Position numbers and translations under genes: made by a program. A stretch of DNA of 64,000 bases from an uncultured bacterium (GTDB lineage: Bacteria; Edwardsbacteria; AC1; EtOH8), in the NCBI GenBank assembly GCA_963780225.1, contig CAWAAX010000006.1, positions 148,603 to 212,602 on the forward strand, read 5' to 3'. A model generated the notes under the pieces. That model was not told the DNA's origin. It made no database searches and worked only from the letters and a program-made list of their open reading frames with translations. Shown piece by piece: positions 61,025 to 64,000 of this stretch (positions are counted from its first letter, which is position 1; every line of letters begins with the position of its first letter).

Positions 61025-61564
61025 ATGAAGATACACATACTGGGCGCATCCGGTTCCGGGACATCAACGGTGGGAAGGATCCTGTCGGAAAGAATGTCCA
61101 TACCGTTCTTTGAGAGCGATGATATCTTCTGGGAGAAAACGGAAGTGCCGTTCTCTTTGAAACGGGCGAAAGAAAAAAGGATCGGGATATTTAACGGCAT
61201 AATCGGGAACAATCCGTCGTGGATCATTGCCGGTTCGGCCCTGAACTGGGGTGATGTCCTGCTGGAAAGGTCCGATGCCATCGTTTTGTTGTCTTGTCCC
61301 AGTCAAGAAAGGCTGTTCCGGCTGATGGCCCGTGAAAAAGCCCGCTTTGGGGACAGGATCGAAGAGGGAAACGACATGCATTCCAATCACAAGGAATTCA
61401 TTCAATGGGCCATGGGCTATGATACCGGCGGGATGGAAACCAGGAGCAAGGCCAGCGAGGAGGCCTGGATCGAAAGGGCTAAAGGACGAGTGATAAGAAT
61501 AGAGAATAGGGACAGTGAAAAGACGGCAAGCCTTTTGCTTACATCGCATTTAAGCCAGATCTAA
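61025..61564 (+). CDS. Adenylate-kinase-like P-loop protein
   Basis: KIHILGASGSGTST, DDIFW, WIIAGS. Confidence 0.85.
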   Translation: MKIHILGASGSGTSTVGRILSERMSIPFFESDDIFWEKTEVPFSLKRAKEKRIGIFNGIIGNNPSWIIAGSALNWGDVLLERSDAIVLLSCPSQERLFRLMAREKARFGDRIEEGNDMHSNHKEFIQWAMGYDTGGMETRSKASEEAWIERAKGRVIRIENRDSEKTASLLLTSHLSQI

Positions 61565-61654
61565 TCCGCTTTTATCTGTATTGAGGATTAGGCTATGATA
61601 CCGGTAAATTTACAGGTGGGATCAACCAATTTAACATTTGACTGAAGGGGAGAA

Positions 61655-62476
61655 ATGGCCAAGATAGAAGAGATACTTGAATTTGCCAAGGAGGCGGGGA
61701 TCTCCGAAGAAGAATCCCGGCAGTACTTTCTAAAGGAAGAAGCGCTGGGGATAGAGGAGCAGAAGACGCTAAAGCCATTGTTCGATAAGCTCGTCCTGCC
61801 GGCGGTGGAGCTGGGGGCGGGCATGGGCGATTTCACCGACGAACTTCTGCAGAAATACATCAAGATCACGGGGAAGCTGTACGCAGTGGAACGGCTGGAT
61901 ACCACGGCGGCCAAGCTCAAGGAAAGGTTCAAGGACATTCGGCTGGAAGTGCTGCAGTCTGATTCCACCAGCCTGCCTCTGCCGGACGGCTCGGCCGGGC
62001 TGGTGATCTCCCGGATGGCCCTGCACGACTTCGTCAGCGCCGACGGCGACGTGGCCAAAGCCCTGGCCGACTGCATCCGGGTGCTGGCCCCGGGCGGGGT
62101 GTTCGTGGTCTACGACAAGATCAGGAACGGCTTTACCGACGTTGAAACCCAGTCGGCCGAAGGCCGGATGGAGCGGATGAACGTCCAGCTGTCGGCGATT
62201 GAAGGCAAGGTCTGCTGGGGCCTGCACCGGCTGGAGGATTATGTCACTCTTCTGGGCAAGCTGGGACTGAAGGACATCCGGTCGTCAGGTCTGGATGTCC
62301 CCGATACCCCGGGCTATGTCCGCATCATGTCCAAAACGCTGGAAGAACGGCGGCCCGCCTATATCAAGCGCTGGGGGCCGGAGGCGGGGAAGCTGATAGA
62401 CTCCGTGCTGGCGGATTTTGCCAATATCCCGCCCAAAGCCCTGCCCCGGATGATAATTTGGGGGATAAAAGTATAG
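61655..62476 (+). CDS. Class I SAM-dependent methyltransferase
   Basis: VELGAGMG, LPLPDGS, RVLAPGG. Confidence 0.88.
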   Translation: MAKIEEILEFAKEAGISEEESRQYFLKEEALGIEEQKTLKPLFDKLVLPAVELGAGMGDFTDELLQKYIKITGKLYAVERLDTTAAKLKERFKDIRLEVLQSDSTSLPLPDGSAGLVISRMALHDFVSADGDVAKALADCIRVLAPGGVFVVYDKIRNGFTDVETQSAEGRMERMNVQLSAIEGKVCWGLHRLEDYVTLLGKLGLKDIRSSGLDVPDTPGYVRIMSKTLEERRPAYIKRWGPEAGKLIDSVLADFANIPPKALPRMIIWGIKV

Positions 62477-62610
62477 AAAGAGGGCGTGGTTTGATATGGG
62501 AGGTGAGTAAAGAACGTAGTTTAGGATTTGTTTAACTTGACTTTTGCATTTCCCAGGTGTAAAATGGAAATCATCAATATTATTAAATATCATGCAAAGA
62601 AGGAGATATC

Positions 62611-63480
62611 GTGACGAAATTCTATAATAGCCTTCAATTCAGGTTGACAATGAGTTTCCTGATTATGATTCTGCTTATCTCCGGCTTCTCCTATTCCTAT
62701 ACCTATCATTCGGCCAAAGATGCAATAAAAGAGTGCAGCCGGGAACAATTGATGCAGGCCAGCGAGATGGTCGTTTCCCAGTTGACTGCAGACCGGATCA
62801 GCCGTCTACTTTCGTTTAAAAATGGGGATGAGAATAACGATTCATATAGAGAGATGGTGAATTTCGCGAGAAAATTCAGGGAGAAAACACCGGACCTTTC
62901 GAATATCTACGTGATGAAAAAGGATAAAGACAAGATTTCCTTTATGCTTGACGATCTGCCTTCCACCGCAGTCAACTCTCCCGCAGCAATCGGAGAGGAG
63001 TATCCGGATTATGATATAGAACTGCTCGAAGCCTTCGAAGGCAGAACAGCTGCTTCGACAGCTTTCTATACCGACAAATGGGGGACATTTCTCTCCGGTT
63101 ATGCTCCGGTAGTGGACATGGGCGGCAGGGTTTTAATGGTTGTCGGAATTGACATGAAGGTAACGAAAGCGGTCGAGAAGCAAAATTTCATCGGATCGTT
63201 AATTTACTTTGTGATTGGAATTTCAACCCTGGTGGCAGTGCTGTTCATTTTCTTTTTTTCAGCAACAATTATTAAGGATTTAAAATCCCTTAAACATGTT
63301 GCCAATAGACTTTCCCAAGCCGATATAAACGTTGAGATACCTGAGATAAAATCGAAAAATGAGATAAGGGAATTAAGCGAAGCTATGAAAAGCGTCATGG
63401 CCGCGATCACCCAGCTGAAAGAGATTGCTGAGTCGGCAGAGGCCGAATTGGCAAGGAAAGGCGGCATTTCCAATGGGTGA
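62611..63480 (+). CDS. TM-Cache-TM-HAMP membrane sensor with no output domain
   Basis: YTDKWGTFLSGYAPV Cache-type motif; HAMP (NEIRELSEAM), then stop; AGGAG RBS. Confidence 0.8.
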   Translation: MTKFYNSLQFRLTMSFLIMILLISGFSYSYTYHSAKDAIKECSREQLMQASEMVVSQLTADRISRLLSFKNGDENNDSYREMVNFARKFREKTPDLSNIYVMKKDKDKISFMLDDLPSTAVNSPAAIGEEYPDYDIELLEAFEGRTAASTAFYTDKWGTFLSGYAPVVDMGGRVLMVVGIDMKVTKAVEKQNFIGSLIYFVIGISTLVAVLFIFFFSATIIKDLKSLKHVANRLSQADINVEIPEIKSKNEIRELSEAMKSVMAAITQLKEIAESAEAELARKGGISNG

Positions 63481-63640
63481 TATACTTTTATCATATTACG
63501 AGAAAGCCAAACAGAAGGGCGGACTTGAAGCGAAGATGAGACTGGCCATGCTTACGCTCATGCCTAGCATCAAGGCGAAGGATGCCCCGGATTCCGTGGA
63601 GAACATCAAGAAATTCGAAGAAGCTCTCAAGAAACTTTGA
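63473..63640 (+). CDS. 55-aa hypothetical protein coupled to the HAMP sensor
   Basis: ATG overlaps the upstream stop; MGDILLSYYEKAKQKGGLEAKMRLAMLT...DSVENIKKFEEALKKL. Confidence 0.7.
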   Translation: MGDILLSYYEKAKQKGGLEAKMRLAMLTLMPSIKAKDAPDSVENIKKFEEALKKL

Positions 63641-63843
63641 GAAGAACCGTCAGCCTTAAGGTTTACAATGCCCTGAGCCAAGTGGTAAGAACCCTGGTCA
63701 ACGTAACTCGGAATCTCGGTTCGTGCAGTGTCAAATGGAACGGTAACGACAAAGCGTGCAGACAGGCGGCGGCAGGCATCTACTTCTACCGCATAGCCTC
63801 GGGCGAGTTCAACAGCACTAAGAAAATGGTGGTGCTGAAGTAA
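63637..63843 (+). pseudogene. Orphan FlgD-Ig/T9SS-type C-terminal domain fragment
   Basis: VSLKVYNAL.QVVRTLV...WNG.D...AGIYFYRI...TKKMVVLK; no N-terminal cargo or signal peptide. Confidence 0.75.
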
Positions 63844-63930
63844 CTTTGGGGTGTCACCCTGAGCCAAGTATCTTGCTTGGCAATCCGAAGGGTAAGGTAA
63901 AATTGCTGAAATAAGCTTACAAGTGGTTTT

Positions 63931-63963
63931 AAAAAAGGCCGGAGCGTTAACTCCGGCCTTTTT
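63931..63963. terminator. Bidirectional rho-independent terminator
   Basis: AAAAAAGGCCGGAG-CGTTAA-CTCCGGCCTTTTT. Confidence 0.85.
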
Positions 63964-64000
63964 GCTATAAATATTAAAGCCATAATTTACCATTTATAAA

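Overview
A 64-kb bacterial chromosomal segment, almost entirely + strand. DUF3098 and a FlgD-Ig/T9SS-type C-terminal remnant suggest a diderm FCB-superphylum lineage (inference only). In order it contains: (1) the 3' part of an atypical chemosensory locus (DnaA-like AAA+ paralogue, DUF4388-TPR, cheR/D/B, TPR, two CheW, two MCPs) running into a Ser/Thr kinase-PEGA, a secreted TPR protein and a GAF-sigma54 activator; (2) pdxJ-ddl-rpmF-plsX-fab-acpP-rnc housekeeping genes with two inserted passengers; (3) a TetR/TolC/MacAB-type efflux operon; (4) the most interesting locus: a ~1585-aa kinase-NTPase-TPR-GAF-sigma54 activator (three apparent +1 errors), followed by three copies of a GACAT-N2-ATGTC palindrome, a sigma54 promoter and an unannotated 45-aa Sec-exported proline-rich peptide, then Hfq/Sm-like, Cys-rich and HNH-like microproteins, i.e. 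a candidate peptide-signalling (RRNPP-analogous) circuit wired to sigma54; (5) a hybrid histidine kinase and simple repeats; (6) an AT-rich defence island (type IIG-like RM, Mrr with an extra C-terminal domain, glycosylase-like protein); (7) uvrA, polyamine genes, an unannotated 8-Cys microprotein, an orphan sigma54-driven PilX-like pilin, and an output-less HAMP sensor with a small partner. Intergenic DNA is crowded with MITE/REP-like elements. No rRNA, tRNA or CRISPR array was recognised. All family calls come from motif recognition by eye, not database searches.
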